NCBI GenBank assembly: GCA_035624885.1
Contig: DASPQQ010000282.1
Coordinates: 1-34,209, forward strand
Reading direction: 5' to 3'
Source of the DNA: Bryobacteraceae bacterium
GTDB taxonomy: Bacteria; Acidobacteriota; Terriglobia; Bryobacterales; Bryobacteraceae
DNA: 34,209 nucleotides
The notes below the pieces were generated by a model. It was not told the DNA's origin, did not search any database, and was given only the letters and a program-made list of their open reading frames with translations. This document shows positions 17,233-26,211 of this stretch, piece by piece; the stretch's first letter is position 1; each line of letters starts with the position of its first letter. Position numbers and translations under genes: made by a program.

Positions 17233-20200
17233 ATGACCAGAAGCATTCAGCGTCAGCTCGCGGGCTATCTGGCCGCAATTGGCGGCATGATTCTGGTCAC
17301 GGCCATCTGCTGCCTCCTGCGCGAGCGCATCAACGAAATGACCGTGGCGCTGGCGATGCTGCTGGTTGTGCTCTTCGTCGCCAGCACGGGCATGCGGGGA
17401 CCGGCGGTGGTCGCCTCCGTCCTCGGCATGCTGCTTCTGAACTATTACTTCCTGCCGCCGATTTACACGTTGACGATCGAAGACCCCAAGAACTGGATCG
17501 CGCTGGGCGCTTTCTTCATCACCGTGCTGGTAGCCGGCCGCCTCGCCGGTCACGCCAGGCTGAAAGCGGCGGAAGCAGAGGCGGAGAGACAGGAAGCCAG
17601 GCGCGCGGCGGCCGCGACACAACTGCTGGCACGGCTCCAGGCCACCGTCGCGGAACTGGGTCAGGAGGCGCTGCGCAGGGAACCGTCTCAGAAGGTGATG
17701 GAGGAAGCCGTCGTCCTGACCGCGAAGACTCTCGGCATCGAATACTGCAAGGTACTCGAGCTGCTGCCGGACGACAAAGAGCTGCTCCTGCGCGCCGGAG
17801 TCGGCTGGAAGGAAGGTCTGGTGGGACACGCGACTGTGCCGACGGGTCTGGACTCCCAGGCCGGCTTCACCCTTCTTTCCGAACAGCCGGTTGTGGTCGA
17901 GGATCTGCGCACGGAAACGCGCTTCAGCGGCCCGCCTCTGCTTCACGACCACGGCGTGGTGAGCGGCATGAGCGTGATCATCCCGACCAGCGAAGGCCCT
18001 TACGGCGTTCTCGGAGCACACACGACGCACCGCCGGACGTTTACGACGGACGAAGTGAATTTCCTGCGATCGGTGGCCAACGTCCTCGGCTCCATGATCG
18101 AACGCCGGCGCGACGACGAAGCGCTCCGCAAATCCGGAGAAGAACTTCGCGATCTCTACAACAATGCGCCCTGCGGCTACCACTCCCTCGATAAGGACGG
18201 CGTCTACGTTCAGGTCAACGATACGGAACTGTCGTGGCTCGGCTGCACACGCGAGGAAATGATCGGCAAAAAGAATTTCGCCGATCTGCTGACGCCCGAG
18301 ACTCTCGGGACGTTCCGCGAGAACTATCCGAAGTTCAAGGCGCAGGGCGAGATTCACGACATCGAGTACGATCTCGTTCGCAAAGACGGTACCGTCCTGC
18401 CTGTGCTGGTCAGCGCCACCGCCATCACGGATGCGGCAGGCCGCTTCGTCGCGAGCCGCTCGGTCATGTGGGACATCACAGCCCGCAGGCAGGCCGAGAT
18501 CCGCATCCGGCGGCTCGCCGAACTGCAGGCTGTCGTGGCCGAACTCGGTCAGCAGGCGCTGCGGCGGGAGCCCTTTGAGAAGGTATTCGACGAAGCCGTC
18601 GCCCGCATGGCTGAGGTTCTTGCAGTGGACTATGCGCGCGTGCTCGAGTTGCAGCCCTCCGGGGACGCGCTGTTGCTCCGGGCCGGCGTAGGCTGGAAGG
18701 AGGGAGTGGTCGGACGCGCCGTCACGGGCGTCGAACCGGATTCCCAGGCGGCCTTCACTCTGGCTTCGAAAGGCCCCGTCATTCTGGAAGACCTCGGAAA
18801 AGAGACGCGCTTCCACATTGTGCCCATGTTCGGCGACCCTCCCGTGGTGAGCGGCATGAGCACCGTCATCGGCACCAGCAGAGGACCTTATGGCGTCCTG
18901 GGCGTGCACACGCGCCGCCTGCGCACGTTCACGCGCGACGAAGTCAACTTCCTGCGGTCCGTGGCCAACGTTCTCGGCACGATGATCGAGCGGCGTCAGG
19001 CCGACGCGCAGCTCTGGCGCGTCAGCCAGGCGCAACGCGTCCTCAGCAAGTGCAATGAGGCTCTGATTCGTGCCACGGAGGAGCCCGGCCTGCTGCAGCA
19101 GATCTGTGACGTGATCGTGGAAGAAGCCGGCTACCGCCTCTGCTGGGTGGGCCGCGCCGAGAACGATGAAGCGAAGTCCGTCACTCCGATCGCGCACGCG
19201 GGATTCGAAGCCGGTTATCTGGCCACCCTGAACGTCACCTGGGCGGATACGGAGCGCGGCCACGGCCCGACCGGCACCTCCATCCGCACCCGCCAGACGG
19301 TCGTGATGAGACACATCGCCAGCGATCCCGCCATGGCTCTCTGGCGCGCCGAAGCCCTGAAGCGCGGCTACGCATCGAGCGTCTCCATCCCGCTCCTCAT
19401 CGATGCGGAGGTCTTCGGCGCGCTCATGATCTACGCGGCGGAGCCGGAGGCGTTTGCCTCCGAGGAAGTCGTGCTGCTCAGCGAACTCGCCAGCGACCTC
19501 GCCTTCGGGATTCAGACTCTGCGCACCCGCGCGCGCATCCAGCTTCTGCTCGACTCAACCGCGGAAGCCATCTGCGGCCTCAATCTCAAAGGCGACTGCA
19601 CCTGGGTCAATCAGTCCTGCGTGAAGATGCTCGGTTATTCCCGCTCTGAAGATTTTCTCGGAAAGAATCTGCACAGCCTCGTTCACTATGCGCGCGCCGA
19701 CGGCACACGGGTTCCTCAGGAGAGTTGTTATGCCCACAAGGCCATCCGCGAAGCCGCCAGCGTGCATGTGGACGACGACGTGATGTGGCGCGCGGATGGA
19801 ACGCCGTTCCCGGTCGAATACTGGTCTCACCCCATGCGCCAGAACGGCACGAATGTGGGCGCCATCGTCACCTTCCTCGACATTACCGAGCGCAAGCGCG
19901 CGGCCGAGCTGCAGCTGGCCAATCAGGCCATGAAGCAGGCCCGCGAGCGCGAGATCGAGATCGGCAACAGGATCCAGCAGACCCTCCTTCTCGACCGCCC
20001 GCCGCAGGACTTCCCCGGCCTTCGCGTCTCCGCCATCACCATCCCGTCGCAGCGCATCGACGGCGACTTCTACATCTTTCTCCCGCACTCGGAAGGACGC
20101 CTGGACGTGATCGTCGGCGACGTGATGGGCAAAGGCGTGCCCGCGGCCCTGCTCGGCGCCGCAACCAAAACCCATTTCCTCCGCGCGCTCAGCGATCTGA

Positions 20201-21150
20201 TGATGATTTCGAAGGGCGGCGCCCCGCCGGAACCGAGAGAGGTCGTCATGCTGGCCCATGCCGAGCTGGCCCGGCATCTGATCGATCTCGACAGCTTCGT
20301 GACTCTCGCCTACGCGCGTTTCGACGAAGTGAATCATTCGCTCTCCCTCGTCGATTGCGGGCACACCGGCATCATTCACTGGCACGCCCGGACCCGCCAG
20401 TGCGCCATCGTGCATGGCGATAACCTGCCGCTGGGCGTCGAGGAAGGGGAAATCTACGAGCAGCTCTCGCTCCCGTTCCTCCCCGGCGACCTGCTTCTCT
20501 TCTTTTCCGACGGAATCACCGAAGCGCGCAACGGCGCGGGCGAGCTTTTTGGCGAGGATCGGTTCCTCGAATGCGTACGCGCCAATGGCGATCTCGATCC
20601 GGCGGCGCTGGTTGAAGCCATTCGCAAGGCGGTGTCCACCTTTTCCGGCTCCACCCTGCTGACCGATGACCTGACGCTGGTGGCCGTGCGAATCGAGAAG
20701 GTGGAACTCGCCGTCAAGCGCGATGAGATCGAACTCGAAAGCAGCCTCGAAGAGCTTCGCAAAGCGCGCCGGTTCGTGCGCGGCTTCTGCGCGTCTGTCC
20801 CGGGTGCGAGACTCGATGAAGAGGCCATCGGCGCTCTGGAACTGGCGGTGAATGAAGCGACCAGCAACGTCATCAAGCACGCCTACCACGGGCGCTCCGA
20901 TCAATGGATTCATCTGGAGGCCGAAGCGTTCCCGGGTCGCATCGCCATCCGCCTCCACCATTTCGGCGACCCGTTCGATCCGTCCCTGGTTCCGGCCGAG
21001 CCTCCCGGACCCCTGAGCGAGTCGGGACGCGGCGCCTGGATTATCCGGCAAAGCGTCGATGAGGTGAAGTACTATCGCGACGAACGCGGGCGGAACTGCG
21101 TCGCGCTGACCAAATTCCCCACGCGCGAAAGGAAGCAGGACAGGAGATAA
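17233..21150 (+). CDS. Membrane-anchored multidomain sensor: DUF4118 - GAF - PAS - GAF - GAF - PAS - PP2C/SpoIIE phosphatase - RsbW-like HATPase (anti-sigma-type Ser kinase) domain
   Basis: The ORF is 1321 aa; I place the start at ATG 17233 (MTRSIQ), because the track start is a TTG. Approximate nt spans follow.
- DUF4118 TM bundle, 17260-17560 (LLLNYYFLPP).
- GAF, 17632-18099.
- PAS, 18136-18489.
- GAF, 18523-18993.
- GAF, 19018-19524.
- PAS, 19537-19893.
- PP2C, 19957-20694 (GDFYIF...VIVGDVMGKGVPAAL...FFSDGITEA...TDDLTLVAV).
- HATPase_c_2, 20737-21120 (ELAVNEATSNVIKHAY, GRGAWII). Confidence 0.9.
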   Translation: MTRSIQRQLAGYLAAIGGMILVTAICCLLRERINEMTVALAMLLVVLFVASTGMRGPAVVASVLGMLLLNYYFLPPIYTLTIEDPKNWIALGAFFITVLVAGRLAGHARLKAAEAEAERQEARRAAAATQLLARLQATVAELGQEALRREPSQKVMEEAVVLTAKTLGIEYCKVLELLPDDKELLLRAGVGWKEGLVGHATVPTGLDSQAGFTLLSEQPVVVEDLRTETRFSGPPLLHDHGVVSGMSVIIPTSEGPYGVLGAHTTHRRTFTTDEVNFLRSVANVLGSMIERRRDDEALRKSGEELRDLYNNAPCGYHSLDKDGVYVQVNDTELSWLGCTREEMIGKKNFADLLTPETLGTFRENYPKFKAQGEIHDIEYDLVRKDGTVLPVLVSATAITDAAGRFVASRSVMWDITARRQAEIRIRRLAELQAVVAELGQQALRREPFEKVFDEAVARMAEVLAVDYARVLELQPSGDALLLRAGVGWKEGVVGRAVTGVEPDSQAAFTLASKGPVILEDLGKETRFHIVPMFGDPPVVSGMSTVIGTSRGPYGVLGVHTRRLRTFTRDEVNFLRSVANVLGTMIERRQADAQLWRVSQAQRVLSKCNEALIRATEEPGLLQQICDVIVEEAGYRLCWVGRAENDEAKSVTPIAHAGFEAGYLATLNVTWADTERGHGPTGTSIRTRQTVVMRHIASDPAMALWRAEALKRGYASSVSIPLLIDAEVFGALMIYAAEPEAFASEEVVLLSELASDLAFGIQTLRTRARIQLLLDSTAEAICGLNLKGDCTWVNQSCVKMLGYSRSEDFLGKNLHSLVHYARADGTRVPQESCYAHKAIREAASVHVDDDVMWRADGTPFPVEYWSHPMRQNGTNVGAIVTFLDITERKRAAELQLANQAMKQAREREIEIGNRIQQTLLLDRPPQDFPGLRVSAITIPSQRIDGDFYIFLPHSEGRLDVIVGDVMGKGVPAALLGAATKTHFLRALSDLMMISKGGAPPEPREVVMLAHAELARHLIDLDSFVTLAYARFDEVNHSLSLVDCGHTGIIHWHARTRQCAIVHGDNLPLGVEEGEIYEQLSLPFLPGDLLLFFSDGITEARNGAGELFGEDRFLECVRANGDLDPAALVEAIRKAVSTFSGSTLLTDDLTLVAVRIEKVELAVKRDEIELESSLEELRKARRFVRGFCASVPGARLDEEAIGALELAVNEATSNVIKHAYHGRSDQWIHLEAEAFPGRIAIRLHHFGDPFDPSLVPAEPPGPLSESGRGAWIIRQSVDEVKYYRDERGRNCVALTKFPTRERKQDRR
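17623..19005 (+). repeat. Internal duplication within the sensor gene: two paralogous GAF modules (17623-18114 and 18517-19005) flanking a PAS domain
   Basis: The two copies are LQATVAELGQEALRREP...LLLRAGVGWKEGLVG...VVSGMSVIIPTSEGPYGVLGAHT...DEVNFLRSVANVLGSMIERR and LQAVVAELGQQALRREP...LLLRAGVGWKEGVVG...VVSGMSTVIGTSRGPYGVLGVHT...DEVNFLRSVANVLGTMIERR. By eye they are roughly 60% identical over about 160 aa. Confidence 0.7.
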
Positions 21151-21152
21151 CG

Positions 21153-21512
21153 ATGGATATTACGGTCGAGAACGTGGACAGTGTGGCAATCGCCCTTGTG
21201 CCCGTGGATGAGCTGGATGCCTCGAACGCGGGCGAATTCAAGCGCGACATGGCTCCCATCCTTGCGGCGCATTCGAAGCTGGCTCTCGATCTGAGCCAGA
21301 TGCGGTTCATCGACAGTTCGGGCCTCGGAGCCATGCTTTCCTGTCTGAGGCAGTTGAGCGCCAAAGGCGGCGATCTCAAGCTGTGCGGCATGTCGAAACA
21401 GGTGCGGGCGCTGTTCGAGCTGGTGCGCATGCACCGCATCTTCGATATCTGCGGCACCAAGGAAGAGGCCGTGCGGGCATTTCAGCCCGCGGTCGAAGCG
21501 CCGCATGGATAG
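21153..21512 (+). CDS. STAS-domain anti-sigma-factor antagonist (RsbV/SpoIIAA-like)
   Basis: 119 aa. CAGGAG lies upstream, and the gene starts 2 nt after the sensor stop. LDLSQMRFIDSSGLGAMLS contains the conserved phosphorylatable Ser context (DSSGLG). Confidence 0.9.
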   Translation: MDITVENVDSVAIALVPVDELDASNAGEFKRDMAPILAAHSKLALDLSQMRFIDSSGLGAMLSCLRQLSAKGGDLKLCGMSKQVRALFELVRMHRIFDICGTKEEAVRAFQPAVEAPHG

Positions 21513-23937
21513 TCCGGTGGTACAGGCGCCTGAAACAGTCGCGTCGCTCGAAGCGGCCATCCGGCGGCACGCGCGCTATTCGCTCGGCAGGCAGTGGGGC
21601 GATCTCGGCGCGCGCGACCGCTTCAATGCCGTTGCGCTGGCCGTGCGCGACCGCCTGGTGGACGGGCTCCTCGAAACCGAAGACCGCTTGCGCCGAAGCG
21701 GCGCCAAACGCCTCTACTACCTCTCGATTGAATTTCTGATCGGCCGTTCCCTGCGCAACAATCTCAACAATCTCGGCCTTCACGAGGAGTTCCGTGAGGC
21801 CCTCGGGAGCCTCGGTGCCAATCTCGATGAAATCGAAGAAACCGAGCCGGACGCGGCTCTCGGCAATGGCGGCCTCGGAAGGCTGGCCGCCTGTTTCCTG
21901 GATTCTCTGGCCACGCTGAACATGCCCGGCTTCGGCTACGGCATCAATTACGAATACGGTCTCTTCCGCCAGGAAATCGACAACGGCCATCAGCGCGAGA
22001 AACCGGACAACTGGCTGGCGCAGAGCACGCCATGGCAGATCGCCCGCCCGGACGAATCCTGCGTCGTGCCCGTCTATGGCCGCATCGAGCACACCGTCGA
22101 TCGCCACGGCGGCTACAACCCGATGTGGATGGACTGGAAGGTTCTGATCGGCACGCCGTACGACATGCTGATCCCCGGATACGGAGGCCGCACCGTGAAC
22201 TACCTGCGCCTCTATTCGGCGCGCTCTTCCCATGACTTCGACATGGGAATCTTCAACGACGGCGATTACTTCCGCGCTGTCCAGCAGAAGATCGCGTCCG
22301 AGACGATCTCGAAGGTCCTCTATCCTTCTGACGCCGCCGTCGCCGGTCAGGAACTCCGCCTGGTGCAGGAGTATTTTCTCGTCGCCTGCGCCGTCCGCGA
22401 TATTGTGCGCAGGTTCGAGCACGCCCATCGGAGTTTCCGCGATTTCTCCTCGAAGGTCGCGATCCAGCTCAACGATACGCATCCGGCCCTCACCGTCGCC
22501 GAACTGATGCGCACTCTCGTGGATGAGAAGGACCTCACCTGGGACGAAGCCTGGCGGATCACGCAGGAGACTCTCGGTTACACGAACCACACCCTGATGC
22601 CCGAGGCGCTCGAGAAATGGCCCGTGCCGCTCTTTGAATCCGTGCTGCCCCGGCACCTGCAGATCATTTATGAGATCAACCGCCGCGCGCTCGAAGACGT
22701 CTCCGCTGCCTGTCCCGGAGACTCCGCATGCGCCGGGCGCATCTCCCTCATTGACGAATCCGCGCCGAAGCAGGTTCGCATGGCCAATCTCGCGATGCTG
22801 GGAAGCCATTCGATCAACGGCGTCTCCCGCATGCATTCCGATCTGGTGCGTAGATCGCTTGCGCCCGATTTCTTCCGGCTCTGGCCGGAGCGGTTCAACA
22901 ACAAGACCAACGGCGTGACGCAGCGCCGCTGGCTGCTCAGCGCCAACCCCGGCCTTGCGCAGCTCATCAGCGGCGCCATCGGCGCGGAGTGGATCACCGG
23001 TCTCGACCGCCTGCGCGCCCTCGAGAGCCACGCCGGCGACGAAGCCTTTCAGGCTGAGTTCCGTCAGGTCAAAATCGCCAATAAAGAAAAGCTGGCCCGC
23101 GTCGTTCGCGAAACCACGCGGCTGAAAGTCGATCCCCGCTCGCTGTTCGATATACAGGTCAAGCGCATTCACCACTACAAGCGGCAGTTACTCAACGTGA
23201 TGCATATCATTCATGAGTACCTTTCGCTGGTCGAAGACGGCAGGGAGCCTGCCACGCCGCGCACTTACCTGTTCGCCGGCAAAGCGGCGCCCGGATACTG
23301 GGCGGCCAAGCGCGTAATCCGGCTGATCCACGATGTCGGCCGCGTCGTCAACAACGATCCGCGCGCCGCGCAGTGGATCCGGGTCGCCTTCATCCCCGAT
23401 TACCGCGTATCTCTCGCGGAAAAGATCATTCCCGCCGCGGATCTGAGCGAGCAGATTTCCATGGCCGGAACCGAAGCCTCCGGCACCGGCAACATGAAAT
23501 TCGCGCTGAACGGCGCCCTGACGATCGGCACGCCGGATGGCGCGAACCTCGAAATCCTGGAAGAAGTCGGGGCCGGGAATATCTTTCTCTTCGGCATGGA
23601 TGCCGCCGGAATTCGCTCGCTGCGCGAATCCGGTTCATACCACCCGGCCAGTTACTGCGCCCGCGACCCGCGCCTCCAGCGGATTGCCGATGCTCTGCGA
23701 TCGAAGACCTTCTGTCCGGAGGGTGACCCTGTGCTCGGCGACACCGATGAATATTTCCACTTCGCGGACCTCGCCGCGTATCTCGATACTCAGGAGAGAG
23801 CCGCGGCGGCATTCCGCGACCCTGGCGCCTGGGCCCGCATGGCGATTCTCAACGTGGCCCGCATGGGCAAATTCTCAAGCGACCGCGCCATCCGCGAGTA
23901 CGCCCGCGATATCTGGTCGATCCGAGCCATCGAATAG
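21505..23937 (+). CDS. glgP: Glycogen/alpha-glucan phosphorylase
   Basis: 810 aa. Contains YLSIEFLIGRSL, EPDAALGNGGLGRLAACFLDS, and the PLP-Lys context EASGTGNMKFALNGALTIGT. The ATG at 21505 overlaps the STAS stop (ATGGATAG, 8-nt overlap). Confidence 0.95.
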   Translation: MDSPVVQAPETVASLEAAIRRHARYSLGRQWGDLGARDRFNAVALAVRDRLVDGLLETEDRLRRSGAKRLYYLSIEFLIGRSLRNNLNNLGLHEEFREALGSLGANLDEIEETEPDAALGNGGLGRLAACFLDSLATLNMPGFGYGINYEYGLFRQEIDNGHQREKPDNWLAQSTPWQIARPDESCVVPVYGRIEHTVDRHGGYNPMWMDWKVLIGTPYDMLIPGYGGRTVNYLRLYSARSSHDFDMGIFNDGDYFRAVQQKIASETISKVLYPSDAAVAGQELRLVQEYFLVACAVRDIVRRFEHAHRSFRDFSSKVAIQLNDTHPALTVAELMRTLVDEKDLTWDEAWRITQETLGYTNHTLMPEALEKWPVPLFESVLPRHLQIIYEINRRALEDVSAACPGDSACAGRISLIDESAPKQVRMANLAMLGSHSINGVSRMHSDLVRRSLAPDFFRLWPERFNNKTNGVTQRRWLLSANPGLAQLISGAIGAEWITGLDRLRALESHAGDEAFQAEFRQVKIANKEKLARVVRETTRLKVDPRSLFDIQVKRIHHYKRQLLNVMHIIHEYLSLVEDGREPATPRTYLFAGKAAPGYWAAKRVIRLIHDVGRVVNNDPRAAQWIRVAFIPDYRVSLAEKIIPAADLSEQISMAGTEASGTGNMKFALNGALTIGTPDGANLEILEEVGAGNIFLFGMDAAGIRSLRESGSYHPASYCARDPRLQRIADALRSKTFCPEGDPVLGDTDEYFHFADLAAYLDTQERAAAAFRDPGAWARMAILNVARMGKFSSDRAIREYARDIWSIRAIE

Positions 23938-23942
23938 CGAAG

Positions 23943-26033
23943 CTAACCGGCCGGCTTCAGTTCTCTCCCGACGAAGACGGCCACCGAGCGCGGAGCCACC
24001 GGATATTTCCCGGCATTCGCCAACCTCTCCTCCGCGCCCGGCTCGCGGATATCCTCCGGCGGTTCACGGCTCGTGTCCACGGATCGCATCCACTCCCACT
24101 GCGGCAACACGGGAAGCTCGAACTCATGCGCCTCCCAATGCGCGTTCGCGATGACGTAAATATGATCCTGCCGGTCGCCGGGCTTGCCGTGCAGATGCAT
24201 GGCAAGAGTCCGCGACTCATGCGACCAGTCCGGCCCGTGCAGATGAATTCCATGCCAGTCCGCGCGCGTCGCCGCGGGACCGGCCTCCGGAGCAAAAGTG
24301 CCCCGCCGCAGCAGCGGATGTTCGCGGCGCAGACGGATCAGAAGCCGGAAGAACCGCACGAGGCCGGCGTTCTTCTCGGGCAGGCTCCAGTCGAACCAGC
24401 TGATCTCGTTGTCCTGGCAGTATGCATTGTTGTTCCCCCGCTGCGTTCGCCCGGCTTCGTCGCCTGCCTGAATCATCGGCACCCCCTGCGACACCATGAG
24501 CAGCGTCGCGAAATTCCGCGCCTGGCGGGCGCGCAGGCGCGCCACTTCAGGAAACGAGGTCGGCCCTTCCAGGCCGCAGTTCCAGCTTCGGTTGTCGTCC
24601 GTGCCATCCCGGTTTTCTTCCCCATTGGCTTCGTTTCGTTTGTTCTGATAGCTGACCAGGTCAGCCAGCGTGAATCCGTCATGGCAGGTAATGAAATTGA
24701 TGCTGTGCCAGGGTTCGCGCCGGCTCGCCGAATAAAGATCCGGACTCCCGATCAGGCGGTTCGCCAGCGCGGAGACCATTCCCGCATCGCCCTTGACGAA
24801 CTGACGGATATCGTCGCGGAACCTTCCGTTCCATTCCGCCCATCGCCCCCACGCGGGGAAGCTTCCCACCTGGTAAAGTCCCGCCGCATCCCACGCTTCC
24901 GCGATCAGCTTCGTCCGCGCCAGAACGGGGTCGAGCGCCAGGCTCTCGAGCAGAGGCGGGCTGGCCAGCACCGACCCGTCCTGGCCGCGCCCGAGAATCG
25001 ACGCCAGATCGAACCGGAAACCATCGACATGCATCTCCGTGACCCAGTAGCGAAGTACGTCGGTTACCAGGTCCCGAACCACCGGATGATTGCAGTTCAG
25101 CGTGTTGCCGCATCCGGAATAGTTCAGATACTGCCCGGTCTGCGGGTTGACCATGTAATAAGTCGGATTGTCGATCCCCTTGAACGAATACGTCGGCCCG
25201 CGCTCGTCGCCTTCGCCGGTGTGATTGAACACGGCGTCCACGATCACTTCAATGCCCGCCGCGTGCAGGGCTTTCACCATGGTCTTGAATTCGTCCACCG
25301 GTCCGGCGTCGCCGGGTTCGGAAGCGTAGGCGGCCTTCGGCGCAAAAAACGAAACCGGGTTGTAGCCCCAGTAATCGGACCTCGTTGCTCCCTGCGGAGC
25401 ATCGTCAAATTCGAAGACCGGCAGCAGCTCCACCGCCGTAATTCCGAGCGACTTCAGATACGGAATCTTTTCGACGACTCCCAGAAAGGTTCCAGGCCTC
25501 GAGACTCCCGCTGCCGGGTGCTGCGTGAGGCCGCGAACGTGCAGTTCGTAGATCACCGTGTCGGCCAGAGGAATATTGAGAGGCTGATCGAACTCCCAGT
25601 CGAATTTGCTCTCGATGATGGCGGCGCGCCGGGGCTCCCGGCCGCGGCGCTCTCCCCACGTCGAATGGCCGGAGATCGCCCGCGCGTACGGATCGAGCAG
25701 CACGTTCTGCCGGTCGTAGCGGTAGAACAGCGAATTTTCGTTGGGCGTACGCTCCATGCGGAACGCATAGTGAATACCCGGATCGAGCCCCTGCAGGAAG
25801 GCATGCCACACATCGCCTGTCCGGTTCATGTGCGGGTCGAACGGAAACTCGACAAGCGGCTCTGCGTCACCCGGATAAAACAGGACCAGCGTAACCGCCG
25901 TCGCATGCCGCGAGAACACGCTGAAATTGACCCCGCCGCGCAGAACCGTCGCCCCGAATGGCAGAGGAGAGCCGCGTGTAAATTCGAACTGGCTCGTAAC
26001 CATCGATAACAGTTGCTGGCGTGGGACAGACAT
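23943..26033 (-). CDS. glgX: Glycogen debranching enzyme (isoamylase-type, GH13)
   Basis: 696 aa. Contains PLPFGATVLRGGVNFSVFS (N-terminal CBM48-like), YELHVRG, VIVDAVFNHTGEG, GFRFDLASILGR, IAEAWD and FITCHDGFTL. A strong SD, GGAGGAG, lies 10 nt upstream of ATG 26033. Confidence 0.9.
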   Translation of the reverse strand: MSVPRQQLLSMVTSQFEFTRGSPLPFGATVLRGGVNFSVFSRHATAVTLVLFYPGDAEPLVEFPFDPHMNRTGDVWHAFLQGLDPGIHYAFRMERTPNENSLFYRYDRQNVLLDPYARAISGHSTWGERRGREPRRAAIIESKFDWEFDQPLNIPLADTVIYELHVRGLTQHPAAGVSRPGTFLGVVEKIPYLKSLGITAVELLPVFEFDDAPQGATRSDYWGYNPVSFFAPKAAYASEPGDAGPVDEFKTMVKALHAAGIEVIVDAVFNHTGEGDERGPTYSFKGIDNPTYYMVNPQTGQYLNYSGCGNTLNCNHPVVRDLVTDVLRYWVTEMHVDGFRFDLASILGRGQDGSVLASPPLLESLALDPVLARTKLIAEAWDAAGLYQVGSFPAWGRWAEWNGRFRDDIRQFVKGDAGMVSALANRLIGSPDLYSASRREPWHSINFITCHDGFTLADLVSYQNKRNEANGEENRDGTDDNRSWNCGLEGPTSFPEVARLRARQARNFATLLMVSQGVPMIQAGDEAGRTQRGNNNAYCQDNEISWFDWSLPEKNAGLVRFFRLLIRLRREHPLLRRGTFAPEAGPAATRADWHGIHLHGPDWSHESRTLAMHLHGKPGDRQDHIYVIANAHWEAHEFELPVLPQWEWMRSVDTSREPPEDIREPGAEERLANAGKYPVAPRSVAVFVGRELKPAG

Positions 26034-26211
26034 ACTCTCAGTCTCCTCCGTGCAACGAATCTGCCGCCGGTTCGTGCGTGCTTTGCACCGGACTCAGGAG
26101 GAGCCCTGCGCCCGTTGGCGCACCTGCTGCGCCGCCCGGCGCGGCCGCTCTCCGGACTGCGCCCGCGCCCGCTCCCGCGCTGGCCAGAAAAATGCAGCCT
26201 CTCTCCATACG

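Noticed and set aside
17131-19314. 727-aa minus-strand ORF
   Set aside because: It is antisense to the well-supported multidomain sensor gene and has no recognisable motifs. It is a shadow ORF.
21376-23175. 599-aa minus-strand ORF; the same applies to 24126..26009 (+), 627 aa, and 31771..32916 (-), 381 aa
   Set aside because: These are antisense to glgP, glgX and the amino-acid dehydrogenase respectively. All three true genes carry unmistakable family signatures, while the antisense translations are low-complexity.
25927-26211. 95-codon N-terminal extension of the first ABC transporter ORF
   Set aside because: It would overlap the glgX 5' end and encode a Cys/Arg-rich tail. The family-typical N-terminus begins at ATG 26212. 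There is no alternative ATG, GTG or TTG start between 26095 and 26212.
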